Source of the DNA: Thermoanaerobaculia bacterium
Lineage (GTDB): Bacteria > Acidobacteriota > Thermoanaerobaculia > Multivoradales > Multivoraceae
NCBI GenBank assembly: GCA_963666565.1
Contig: OY762911.1
Location: 4,512,001 to 4,576,000, forward strand
Direction of reading: 5' to 3'
Length of the DNA stretch: 64,000 nt
Both the position numbers and the translations under genes were made by a program. Positions 27,617 through 36,862 of this stretch are shown here, piece after piece. The notes below the pieces were generated by a model. It was not told the DNA's origin, did no database searches, and saw only the letters and a program-made list of their open reading frames with translations. Each line of letters starts with the position of its first letter. Within the stretch, counting starts at the first letter, position 1.

Positions 27617-28106
27617 TCTCGGTCCATAGAGCCTGACTGTCGGCTCGCGACGGTCCGCGCGACGCCGCGCGGCCGGCGCCTCATGTACCATCGTCCCGTT
27701 GCCGTGGTTCCGCTGCGCGGGGCGATCACCCAACGGGAGAAACGGAATGACGGCAATGGAATCGAAGACCGGGAGCACCTCCTTCTTGACCGAATCGGAC
27801 GCGGCAGTGCGGCTTGAAGCGATCCGTCGCGAGATGCGCGCCGAGCGCGCGCGGGACCACGCGGAACTGCGTGGCGAACTCCGCGCCGAGATGGGCGAAC
27901 TCCGCGCCGAGATGGGGGAGCTGCGCGGCGAATTCCGCGCCGAGATGGGCGAACTCCACGGCGAGATGGCCGAACTCCGCGGCGAGATTCGCGGCGACAT
28001 GGAGAAGCTGCGCGCCGACCTGACCTGGCGCATGCTGCTGGTGGTGGGCGCACTGTTGGCTGCCGCGACGGCGCTGGACCGGCTGCTGCTGGCCTGACCG
28101 TCACGG
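27617..28106 (+). repeat. Direct-repeat cassette copy 2
   Basis: Homologous to copies 1 and 3; left flank of the CRISPR-Cas island. Confidence 0.9.
27747..28097 (+). CDS. DUF1640 / CCDC90-like coiled-coil membrane protein, copy 2 (116 aa, ATG start)
   Basis: GGGAGA SD, 6 nt spacer, ATG; heptad/hendecad repeats and a TM helix. Confidence 0.75.
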   Translation: MTAMESKTGSTSFLTESDAAVRLEAIRREMRAERARDHAELRGELRAEMGELRAEMGELRGEFRAEMGELHGEMAELRGEIRGDMEKLRADLTWRMLLVVGALLAAATALDRLLLA

Positions 28107-28114
28107 CGGCCGCA

Positions 28115-28180
28115 GCCGCGAGTTGGCGGCAGATCCGCCGATCGATCCCTTCCTCACGCCCGAGCAGCGTGGCGGTCTGG
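28115..28180 (+). pseudogene. 66 bp fragment homologous to the amidohydrolase gene (26581-26646)
   Basis: 60/66 identical by manual alignment; four of the six differences are synonymous. Confidence 0.8.
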
Positions 28181-28203
28181 TCGAGGCTCGCAGGCCGCGC
28201 GTC

Positions 28204-28278
28204 GCTTCAGTGGGGCCGGCGCGCGCGCCGCGGAGACGTTGAGGACGTAGCGGCACCGACGCCCGCTTCAACGATGCC
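28204..28278 (-). repeat. Degenerate repeat(s) of a second I-G-like CRISPR repeat type
   Basis: The minus strand of 28204-28237 reads GTCTCCGCGGCGCGCGCGCCGGCCCCACTGAAGC. A second GCTTCAACGA end occurs at 28265. Confidence 0.4.
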
Positions 28279-28367
28279 AATGGCAACCGAAAAGACTGCA
28301 CACTCGAGGAGACGCCGGTAGAGGTCGGGGCAGGCGTCCGGAGAACGCCGCAGGACTCCGGTGTCGG

Positions 28368-29575
28368 CGCTCAACGAAGGCCGGAGCACAAGCCCCGGCG
28401 ACAGCCGTCGATCAGGACGCCCGTGGTCTGAGAGAGCGACCGCTCAACGAAGGCCGGAGCATAAGCCCCGGCGACAGCCGGCCCAGTGATACGCATGAAG
28501 GACAACGTAGGGGTTCGCTCAACGAAGGCCGGAGCATAAGCCCCGGCGACAGAGGTCTCCTCGGGCGGCAGGTCGCTCAGGTCGATGCCCGCTCAACGAA
28601 GGCCGGAGCAAAAGCCCCGGCGACAGCCGCGGATGGACCTGGCCGAGTATCATGCTTGGCAGTGCGCTCAACGAAGGCCGGAGCAAAAGCCCCGGCGACA
28701 GTCGTTGAAGCCGTCCTGGAAGACGAACTGTTCCTCCGCTCAACGAAGGCCGGAGCAAAGCCCCGGCGACAGCCGGGGACCGTGCGTGGGGGGCCGGGGA
28801 CGGTGCGTCGCTCAACGAAGGCCGGAGCAAAAGCCCCGGCGACAGCAGGGCCGGCCGTAGTCACTGGTCAGGGCGCGAACCGCTCAACGAAGGCCGGAGC
28901 AAAAGCCCCGGCGACAGTCCGCGGCGATCCGGCGGTAGCCGTCGCCCCGCCGCGCTCAACGAAGGCCGGAGCAAAAGCCCCGGCGACAGTCCAGGCCGTC
29001 CTGGGCGCACTCGGCGTTCCCCACCGACGCTCAACGAAGGCCGGAGCAAAAGCCCCGGCGACAGTCGTTCGCGTGCGTTGACGATGCGCGCGCCCATTGG
29101 GCGCTCAACGAAGGCCGGAGCAAAAGCCCCGGCGACAGGAACCCCTCCGTCGAGGGCGCGTCGTAGCACTGGTACGCTCAACGAAGGCCGGAGCAAAAGC
29201 CCCGGCGACAGGTCCGGCAGCGCCGTGAGGCCCGTGCAGCCGCTCAGCGCTCAACGAAGGCCGGAGCAAAAGCCCCGGCGACAGGAGATCGAGCCTTCGC
29301 AGCTCGACATCCACCTGCCCGCTCAACGAAGGCCGGAGCAAAAGCCCCGGCGACAGCTGGATCAGCTTGCGCCGGGCGCTCAGGATCGACATCGCTCAAC
29401 GAAGGCCGGAGCAAAAGCCCCGGCGACAGCTGGTGGATCATGGGCATCGGGCTCGCGTACTCGATCGCTCAACGAAGGCCGGAGCAAAAGCCCCGGCGAC
29501 AGTGCCCGTACCCACGACGACCGCGGGCGAGGCTCCAGCGCTCAACGAAGGCCGGAGCAAAAGCCCCGGCGACAG
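28368..29575 (-). CRISPR. CRISPR array: 17 repeats (37 nt, CTGTCGCCGGGGCTTTTGCTCCGGCCTTCGTTGAGCG) and 16 spacers of 35-38 nt
   Basis: Repeats counted at 28368, 28441, 28516, 28590, 28665, 28737, 28809, 28881, 28953, 29028, 29102, 29175, 29248, 29320, 29393, 29466 and 29539. Loop variants sit at the left (trailer) end, and repeat 6 has a 1 nt deletion. Confidence 0.98.
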
Positions 29576-29779
29576 TGCTAACGCTACAGAATTGTCCCGT
29601 TTCGCGCGATCTCGGCAGCACGGGGGTCGAAGACCTGACCAAACGACTCCAGTGTCCGTCGGTCCGGCCTTCTTCGCACACCAGATCGCCCCAAATCCCG
29701 CCGACCGAGCACCGGACGGGGACGCCGCAAGCGGGTTCACGGTCATTGGTGCCTGAATCACCGCGGGTTCGCACCAAGG
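29576..29779 (-). promoter_or_regulatory. CRISPR leader
   Basis: Non-coding interval between cas2 and the invariant end of the array. Confidence 0.7.
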
Positions 29780-30070
29780 TCAGACGAACCAGGGCTCCCC
29801 AGTCTCGCGCTGCTGTTCTCTGCCGAAGCGACTGCGGGCTTCCTCGATGGGCGCGGCGAAGCGATAGACGATCACCGAGTCCTGCCGGCTGTCGATCACG
29901 TCTTGCACCTCGCCGATCATGCGGGTCAGCCGCGTCGGCGACAATCGACACTCGAAAACGGACATCTGCACCCGCTGGCCGTACTTCTCGCAAACCTGCG
30001 CAACGCGCCGGAGACGCGAGGCGCCCTTGCCCTCCGTATCGGCGATGTCGTAGGTGACGAGGACGTCCAT
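29780..30070 (-). CDS. cas2: CRISPR-associated endonuclease Cas2 (I-C-like)
   Basis: VLVTYDI, RLRRVAQVCEKYGQRVQMSVFEC and DSVIVY motifs. Confidence 0.95.
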   Translation of the reverse strand: MDVLVTYDIADTEGKGASRLRRVAQVCEKYGQRVQMSVFECRLSPTRLTRMIGEVQDVIDSRQDSVIVYRFAAPIEEARSRFGREQQRETGEPWFV

Positions 30071-30073
30071 CGC

Positions 30074-31090
30074 TCAAGCCAGAACGAACGGCGGATACAC
30101 GGGGAGATCGCCTCGCAGGTGGCGCGCCAGCAGAGTCGCCTGAATCGACGGCAGCGCCCACCGGCCCACCCGCCGGCCCGACACCCGGTGGAGCACGGCA
30201 GTCTCCTTGTGGCGTTCCCACTCCTTGATCAGGCCTGCCCGGCCGTCGTCGCTCATGTAGACGCCGCCTCCCGGCGTGCGGACGAAGCTGTCGTGCCCCA
30301 CCTGTCGCCTCCGCACCAAGGACACGACGAAGCGGTCCGTGAGAGCACGCAGTTCCTCGGCAAGGTCGAGGGCCAACGAGGGCCTGCCGGACCGCGGCCG
30401 ATGGAAGAAGCCCATCTGGTAGTCCAGACCGACACTCTCCGTCGCGCCAATGAACTCAGTGACGAGAAGTCCGTAGCAGAACCCAAACATCGCGTTCACG
30501 GGATCGCGTGGCGGCCGCCGATTTCTCTTTGAGAAGCGGAGGTCGCACTTGGAGAGGGCCTGCCCGACTGCCCCGAAATAGATGCGGGCGGCGTCGCCTT
30601 CGACGCCTCGAACGTGGTCTGGGGTCTCCGCGCCGGCCAACCGCCCGACGCGATCTCCGATCTGCCTCGCCCGTTTCGCCAAACCCTCGGACTCGAAGGA
30701 GTCCCGTTCGTCGCGCGCCCAGCGTTCCACGACCTTGCGGCTGTTCTGGAGCTTCGCGGCCACGAAGGCCTTCGCCAGCGAGAGGGAATGAGCGGCATCC
30801 GAGACCGCACCATAGAGCGCCGACCGCAGGTGGACGTTGCCGCCCGTGACGCCGCCGACGACGAACCGCACTCTTCCCGACATCCCAACGGAACTGACCC
30901 GAACGCCGCGACGCACGCATGCCTCCAGCGCCTGGGTGGTTACCTGCGCACCTCCGATCAGAACGACCGCGTCGACCCCTTCAAGCGGGATCTTCCGGGC
31001 GCCCTCGGGAGTCGACACCAGAAGCGAACCGCGGCGAAACCGGACCTTGGCTCGGTGCTCGCGAACGTAGACGGAACTCAGGTAGCGCAT
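30074..31090 (-). CDS. cas1: CRISPR-associated endonuclease Cas1 (I-C-like)
   Basis: RGVEGDAARIYF, RNRRPPRDPVNA, GFFH..RSGRPSLALDLAEE and C-terminal LRGDLPVYPPF. Confidence 0.95.
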   Translation of the reverse strand: MRYLSSVYVREHRAKVRFRRGSLLVSTPEGARKIPLEGVDAVVLIGGAQVTTQALEACVRRGVRVSSVGMSGRVRFVVGGVTGGNVHLRSALYGAVSDAAHSLSLAKAFVAAKLQNSRKVVERWARDERDSFESEGLAKRARQIGDRVGRLAGAETPDHVRGVEGDAARIYFGAVGQALSKCDLRFSKRNRRPPRDPVNAMFGFCYGLLVTEFIGATESVGLDYQMGFFHRPRSGRPSLALDLAEELRALTDRFVVSLVRRRQVGHDSFVRTPGGGVYMSDDGRAGLIKEWERHKETAVLHRVSGRRVGRWALPSIQATLLARHLRGDLPVYPPFVLA

Positions 31091-31695
31091 CGAAACACAT
31101 GCCGCGCCACATAGCGCTCGATCCGAGCCGGCGCGGCCGTCACGTCGGGAAGGCAGTGGTAGTGAAGCTGACACTCCTTGCAGCGCTGGTCATTGGGCGC
31201 CTCGGGCAAGACGGCGTCGACAAGCTGGTCCCGGATCTGCTGCACGACTTCTGCTACCTGGCCCCGCAGCGCCACGGTGAACTCGACGCAAACCCGGCGT
31301 CGCGGCCCGCCGTACCAGACGAAGCCCTCCGGCACCTCGACGCTCAGCATCTCCTCGAGGCACAGAGCCTGGGCGCAAAGTTGCAGGTCGGCCGCCGAAC
31401 CGTGACGAACGCCCGACTTGTACTCCACCGGGCGCGCCGCTCCGCCCTCAAGCTCAACCGCATCGGCTCTGCCAGAGAGCCCCAACGCCTCCGACCACAA
31501 CGGGATCGCCCGGAGGACGAAGCGGCCTCGCTCCTGCCGGTGCTCGCCGCCATCCACCCGCCGGTGCGAACGCGATCCACGAACGGTATGGGCGTTGTCG
31601 GCCCAGACGCCGTCGCAGTGGATCAAGGCGCACTGTCGTGGGCAGTAGACGAAGTGCTCGATCGCGGAGATCGGGACGATGGGTTCAGAAGTCAC
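31078..31695 (-). CDS. cas4: CRISPR-associated Cas4 (stand-alone)
   Basis: ISAIEHFVYCPRQ, GRADAVE, PVEYK, QLCAQALCLEEM and CKECQLHYHC Fe-S cysteines. Confidence 0.95.
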   Translation of the reverse strand: MTSEPIVPISAIEHFVYCPRQCALIHCDGVWADNAHTVRGSRSHRRVDGGEHRQERGRFVLRAIPLWSEALGLSGRADAVELEGGAARPVEYKSGVRHGSAADLQLCAQALCLEEMLSVEVPEGFVWYGGPRRRVCVEFTVALRGQVAEVVQQIRDQLVDAVLPEAPNDQRCKECQLHYHCLPDVTAAPARIERYVARHVFRCAT

Positions 31696-32585
31696 AGGGG
31701 CTCAGCCCCGAACCCTCTTGTGGGGTCCAGGTCAGCTCGGCGTTGAAACGCAACTGTGCGCCACGCCGCGTGGACACCCAAGCTCGGCCAAGCCTCTCTC
31801 GGCCCCGGCTTCCAAGCGTCCAGGAGCGCGTCGATCGCTCGGAAGTCAAGCAGTTGGCACCATGCGGGCCACACGAACTGGCGGTCCTTCCGATCTCTCT
31901 TCAGCCTCCAGCCTCTCTGTACCACGCCCGCCCGCCCGAACCGCTTCCCGTTCACAGCAACTCCCGGCCCACGAACCGGCAACAGCGCGAGACCAAAGAA
32001 GGCGAGCAACTCGACCATCGGCTCGACCTGCGGATCCGTGCTGTCCGCCAAAGAGCCCAAGCGGCTCAAGTCAAAGCCAAGTCCGTTGCTCTGGACTCTG
32101 AGCGCTTGCCCAGAAAGCCCGTCCGAAATCCGTTCCGCAGTGGGCTGAACTTCGGCATGCACACGCAGCAGGCGGGAGAACAGTGTCAGGCCTTGCGGTG
32201 CAGGCGGATCAAACGGCGCATGCTCGACCTTCTCTCCATCATCGAGTTGCAGATCGGTAACGGTCGACGAGAGCGTCCAAGAGTAGGGATGGCCACGGGT
32301 CGCCCGAACTCGTGCGCGGAAGTCCTGCCAAGAGACGTGCCGGCCAAATCGACCCACTCCTTGTCGCTCGTCCGCAAGCGGCATGTCCCGGAGCACCTCC
32401 TTACTTGGCCAAGAGGCGACGAGGGCCGAAACCGGGTCAATGTCCTCAGCAGCAAGGACCGCCACCGCCGTTGTCCCCGAGGTCCAGCCAAGCCGAATCC
32501 TCGAATCCAACACCGTGGTCCCAACAGCCGCCAACCAGCCGTTGAGCCAAGAGGCCTGCAAGCCGGGACACTCAACGCGGTTCAT
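31692..32585 (-). CDS. Short Cas8g (Cas8u2 / Csb3-like) large subunit, 297 aa
   Basis: Lies after cas3 in the I-G operon with ATGA overlaps. LNGWLAAVG N-terminal and ELLAFFGLALLPV..FVWPAW motifs. Confidence 0.6.
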   Translation of the reverse strand: MNRVECPGLQASWLNGWLAAVGTTVLDSRIRLGWTSGTTAVAVLAAEDIDPVSALVASWPSKEVLRDMPLADERQGVGRFGRHVSWQDFRARVRATRGHPYSWTLSSTVTDLQLDDGEKVEHAPFDPPAPQGLTLFSRLLRVHAEVQPTAERISDGLSGQALRVQSNGLGFDLSRLGSLADSTDPQVEPMVELLAFFGLALLPVRGPGVAVNGKRFGRAGVVQRGWRLKRDRKDRQFVWPAWCQLLDFRAIDALLDAWKPGPREAWPSLGVHAAWRTVAFQRRADLDPTRGFGAEPL

Positions 32586-35407
32586 GCGCCCGACCCCCTA
32601 CCACTGCCGACGCCTCCGGAAGATACGGCGTGGTCGGCCTGCCTGAGGACGGCTTCGAGGAGGGCAAGCCCCCACGGCCCGAATCGATCGTTCAAGCGCC
32701 CGAACCGGGCCGGCTGATCCCAGTCGACAATGGACAGATCCGCCCCTGCTTCGACCCGCACACCGTCAAACAGCGCGGACACACGGCCTGCCGTGCCGTC
32801 GCCGACCGGCAGGACTAGCGGGCGCCCTCGACCGTGGTGACTGACGATCAGGTGCAGAAGAAGGTCGACTTCCCACGAACCGCAGACAGAGGGCTGTGAC
32901 CGGAGCCAATCTCTCGCCAGACGTAAGGAGAGTTCTTCGTGGCGGCCTCCCCTGGGCCACCCGGCAGCTGCTCTCCTGGGCTCCCAAAGGTGACGCGGCG
33001 TCGCCGACTTCGCAACAAGAGCGCCGCCCTTCTCCCGGTCGGGGACGAGCCACCGTTGAAACCGCAGGTCCGCCTTGCCCACGTCATGCCACGAACCGGC
33101 TCTCTCAAGGACCTCAGCAAGCTCGGCGGCGACGCCGATGTGTTCGGCGATCGAACGCGCCTGACCTGCAACCGCGCGGCCGTGAAGCGCAAGGTCGACG
33201 GCCGCTATGGCGAGCGACCTCTCGTCGCGCTCGTCGCTCGGCCGTTCCGCGGGAGCACCGCTCCTGGGCAGGCGAGAAACCTCGTGCGCGCTCGACGCTA
33301 CCCGCCTGTCCAGGGAGGCGAGGAAACCGCTCCATTCCTGCTCGGTCCATCCTGGCGGCAGGACCTCCTCAAGATGATCGAGAATCTGTTCGACCGCCTC
33401 CACACGTTCATCGTCGTCGACGCCCTCATCGTCATCGGAAACGCCCAAGGCGACGTTCACGAGGCTGGTCAGCTCGACGCCGCAAAGCCGGCGCAGCGCT
33501 GACGCGTCGAGCGGCAGTCCGCGATCCACCAAGGAGACATCGACAACGGGCGCCGTGGACGACGGGTTCCAGCCGAACTCGTCGATCAAGCCCCGGTCTG
33601 AAGGCAAGACACACGTATCCCCGGGTCTCAGGCCGCTGATGGACACCATCTCGACCGTGACGCGGTCGGAACGCAGGCGGCAGAGTTCCTCGTCCTCACC
33701 CAGAGCTTCCCTCGCCTCGCCGATCGGTACCTGAACGGCCTCCCGGTCGGTAGCCCTAGGCCACAACGACTCGCCTTCGCCCGGAACATGGGCCCTCCAA
33801 AGCAGCGACACCGAGAAGTCCGGGCAGGCGATCCCGGAGAAGTACGGTTCCACCGGCGCTTCGCCTTCGGGCGGCGTGGTCGTCTTCGTCCACTCCCACA
33901 GCAGCGCGGGCAGCACCTCGGGCGCCCGCCCCGGGTCGTCGCCCGGCGGGCCGAGAGTCTTCGAAACCTGACGAGGCGACAGATCGACTGCCGCTGACCT
34001 GCCGCCGTCCAGGGCCGATTCCAGTCTCCCCAGAACACGGGCGGGCTCTTCGTCATAGACCGGCCACACCTCAACCGAACCGGTCGCGCCGCGACGGCGC
34101 TTCGGCGACTTCGACGGAGGCAGATGGACGTAGACGCCGCGTGCCTGCGGATACCGGCCCAGCCGGTTCAACCTGCCGAGTCGCTGCGTCAATGCCCGTA
34201 CGCCGCAGGCCTCCGTGACCAGATACTCCGCGTCGACGTCGGCGCCGACTTCCAGAGTCTGGGTCGCGACAACGACCAGGTGACGCTTTCTCGCCCTGGC
34301 AGCGTCGCGCTTCGACGCCATGCCGTGGACCGGGTCGAGGATCTGCTGCCGGATCTTCTCCGCCTCCCGCTCACGGGATCGACCGGTCAGCAACCGAATG
34401 TCGGCGAAACCGCTGGCCGTCTTGTTCCGGAGAAGCTCGAACGCCGCCCTCGCCTGCCTGGGCGTGTTGGCGAACACGAGGCAACTGGCCTTGGCTGGCG
34501 CCTCGGGGAGCAGCTCAAGGGCCGCTTCCGCCAGCAGCTTCGCGACATCGCCGCTCTTGCGGGCTCGCACTTCGACCGGCTTCGCCGCGTCCAGGCGCTT
34601 CTTCACGACATCGTGCGCCAGATCGTCGGACCCAAGGTCGAACCGCTCCGTTTCGCCGGCGTCTCCGGTCGCCGTGAGCGCCACGACCCTCGGCCTTGAA
34701 CGACACTCGCCGAGGATCGCCCGAGCCCGGGGAGTGCATTCCTCCAGGGCCGGTATCAGCTTCTGAAGGTGGGTCGCCAGGTGCGCTTCGTCAACGAGAA
34801 CGAGACTGTCGGTACCCGCAAGCGCTGCGTCGACCGGACGCATGGAGCGCGATGACCCGTAGCCGCGGAACAACAGCCGCGATCCGTACATGGGTACCGT
34901 GGCCAGAAGCACTGCGGGCTTCGACGGATCCGTCGGCCGGCGCGAAACGACGCCGCCCCGGAGACGGATGACGTCCAGCGGGTCGCCGTCCTGACCGGCT
35001 GAGAGCGAGGAAAGCCGCTCGGCTACGGCGGCAACAGCTTCAAGGGACTCGCCACGAAGCCCGGCCCGGTCCGGACTCCGGAGCTTGTCCAGAATCGCAT
35101 CGGCATGATCGGCGGTGGAATCGACGAGCAGGCGCCGGTTGACGATCCACCAGATCCGGGTCGGGGCGGTGCGGTCGGCGGGCGCGCAATCGGCCTGTGA
35201 CGCGAGCCACCAGATCGCAATGTCGAGACAGGCCGTCTTCCCGAGGCCCGTCGGTACGCCTATCTCGGCCGGCCACCCTTCCGAGGCCACGAGACGCGCC
35301 AACCGGTCCTGCCAGGGGAAGGGATCCCGCCCGTTGACCGCGCTATAGAAGGCGGTAAAGGACGGCATGGCGGCGGAACCCGGCCGGACCGGCACGGTCC
35401 TCGCCAC
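32582..35407 (-). CDS. cas3: Type I-G Cas3 helicase with C-terminal HD nuclease
   Basis: PFPWQ, PTGLGKT, DEAH, TAT, VATQTLEVGAD and QRLGRLNR motifs, then WHDVGK, RHE, SHHG and RQAD. Confidence 0.95.
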   Translation of the reverse strand: MARTVPVRPGSAAMPSFTAFYSAVNGRDPFPWQDRLARLVASEGWPAEIGVPTGLGKTACLDIAIWWLASQADCAPADRTAPTRIWWIVNRRLLVDSTADHADAILDKLRSPDRAGLRGESLEAVAAVAERLSSLSAGQDGDPLDVIRLRGGVVSRRPTDPSKPAVLLATVPMYGSRLLFRGYGSSRSMRPVDAALAGTDSLVLVDEAHLATHLQKLIPALEECTPRARAILGECRSRPRVVALTATGDAGETERFDLGSDDLAHDVVKKRLDAAKPVEVRARKSGDVAKLLAEAALELLPEAPAKASCLVFANTPRQARAAFELLRNKTASGFADIRLLTGRSREREAEKIRQQILDPVHGMASKRDAARARKRHLVVVATQTLEVGADVDAEYLVTEACGVRALTQRLGRLNRLGRYPQARGVYVHLPPSKSPKRRRGATGSVEVWPVYDEEPARVLGRLESALDGGRSAAVDLSPRQVSKTLGPPGDDPGRAPEVLPALLWEWTKTTTPPEGEAPVEPYFSGIACPDFSVSLLWRAHVPGEGESLWPRATDREAVQVPIGEAREALGEDEELCRLRSDRVTVEMVSISGLRPGDTCVLPSDRGLIDEFGWNPSSTAPVVDVSLVDRGLPLDASALRRLCGVELTSLVNVALGVSDDDEGVDDDERVEAVEQILDHLEEVLPPGWTEQEWSGFLASLDRRVASSAHEVSRLPRSGAPAERPSDERDERSLAIAAVDLALHGRAVAGQARSIAEHIGVAAELAEVLERAGSWHDVGKADLRFQRWLVPDREKGGALVAKSATPRHLWEPRRAAAGWPRGGRHEELSLRLARDWLRSQPSVCGSWEVDLLLHLIVSHHGRGRPLVLPVGDGTAGRVSALFDGVRVEAGADLSIVDWDQPARFGRLNDRFGPWGLALLEAVLRQADHAVSSGGVGSGRGSGA

Positions 35408-36861
35408 TACCGGCCCCTCTCACCGTCGCCGGTCGCCTGTGCCGGGACGCAGAGGCCAAACCCCCGCTGGCGTCCCGAGCCGATGACGACCGGCCCGCGA
35501 ATCGGCTCCTTGAACCAAAGCTCGACATGCGAGTAGGGCAGCCTTGGCCTGCCCGGCCGATTCACCTCCACCGGCGCCAGGTCGACGGCCCCGCGAACCA
35601 ATGGACCACGGGTCGACCGGAACGCCAGAGGCGCGGGCAAACCAGCGTGCCGGCACCACCGCGACAGTTCCGCGAGAGTCACGGGGCCCCGCCGTTCGTG
35701 GATGGCCGGAAAGACCGTCACCCAACCCCGCGAGGAGCGAGTCCAGCGCGACGGATTCGCGGCCAGAGGGCGTTCGGTGCCGTCGTGAGGCGAAACGCGC
35801 ACGTCAACGCCGCCGCCGGTCAGTCTCCGGACGGCGAGCGCGGCGTCGCGACAACGCCGCCGCTCGATCGACTCCTGTTCCGGCGGGAGCCAAAGCGCGA
35901 GACCGAAGATGCGGCCCCGGGACCGGGGGAATCCGGCATCCGGCAGAGCAAGAAACCGGGCAATGTCATAGCCACGTTCGGCGAATCCGTGACCGTGCAG
36001 CACTGGCAGCGGCTCGCCGAAAAGGCCCTGGTACCTGCTCAGCGTGGCCTTCTTGAAAAGCGCGGTGACGTCCGAAACGCGGCGGCCCGAAACCGGGGTC
36101 CGCAGTCGGAGCCAGGCGACGACGCCTCCTCGGTCCGGCGTCGTGCTGAAGCTGAGTCGGGGCGACCTGTAGCTCTCCTCGTGGCGCAGCGCCGGGTATT
36201 GGGACCGCGCCACGGAGGCGCCGCGGTCGACCCAGGCGTCGTACATCGCGTCGAGGATGGACAGGTCGCCTTCCGCGGGCACGGCGATCGCCAGATCGCC
36301 GTCGGGGTCCGGAGTGAAGGCGGCGGTCCCGCCGTCCAGGCCGGGAGGCCGGGTCAGCACTCGCAGTCTTGCCGGCGAGTCCGATGTCCCGAAGTAGCCG
36401 ACCCGGGCAGCGCGAAGCCGAAGCGCATCGACGATCGGCGCGGCTGGCGTCTGGGCTTCCCAAATGTAGGTGATCCGGGGAACCCGAGGCGCAACGCGGA
36501 CCCCCGGGCGAACCTCGGCACTTTTACGCCCGACATACTCTTGGTATGCGGTCGTCTCTCCCGTGCGCTGGTGCCTAAAGAACCGGCGCGAGTGTTTCAC
36601 CACGAATCGGGGCAAGAGTTCTTGGTGCTGCGGGTCCGGATCGGCGTGGATGACCGGCGGCGGCAGGCGCTCGAACCACGTCAGTTCGGCACCGTCGGTG
36701 ACGCGGCATCTCGTCCCAGTGCCGTCAGCGGCCACCAGCGCGGCGAAGAGTCTCGACGGCGATGGCGGCCATTCTCCCTGGGTCAGGAGACCGGTGCTCG
36801 AGGCGCCGCTGCCATCTCCGCGGAACGTCCCGTGCAGCAGATCGACCGAGATGGCGAACAT
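35407..36861 (-). CDS. csb2: Type I-G Cas5/Cas6 fusion Csb2
   Basis: EWPPSPSRLFAALVA and C-terminal G-rich loop IRGPVVIGSGRQRGFGLC. Confidence 0.9.
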   Translation of the reverse strand: MFAISVDLLHGTFRGDGSGASSTGLLTQGEWPPSPSRLFAALVAADGTGTRCRVTDGAELTWFERLPPPVIHADPDPQHQELLPRFVVKHSRRFFRHQRTGETTAYQEYVGRKSAEVRPGVRVAPRVPRITYIWEAQTPAAPIVDALRLRAARVGYFGTSDSPARLRVLTRPPGLDGGTAAFTPDPDGDLAIAVPAEGDLSILDAMYDAWVDRGASVARSQYPALRHEESYRSPRLSFSTTPDRGGVVAWLRLRTPVSGRRVSDVTALFKKATLSRYQGLFGEPLPVLHGHGFAERGYDIARFLALPDAGFPRSRGRIFGLALWLPPEQESIERRRCRDAALAVRRLTGGGVDVRVSPHDGTERPLAANPSRWTRSSRGWVTVFPAIHERRGPVTLAELSRWCRHAGLPAPLAFRSTRGPLVRGAVDLAPVEVNRPGRPRLPYSHVELWFKEPIRGPVVIGSGRQRGFGLCVPAQATGDGERGR

Positions 36862-36862
36862 C

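Noticed and set aside
29430-29465. Spacer translating WWIMGIGLAYS, loosely like a DUF1640 membrane anchor
   Set aside because: It has no nucleotide match to the cassette copies in this window and is too short to assign.
28207-29761. ORFs called across the CRISPR array
   Set aside because: They are translations of the repeats (RSTKAGAKAPAT etc.), not genes.
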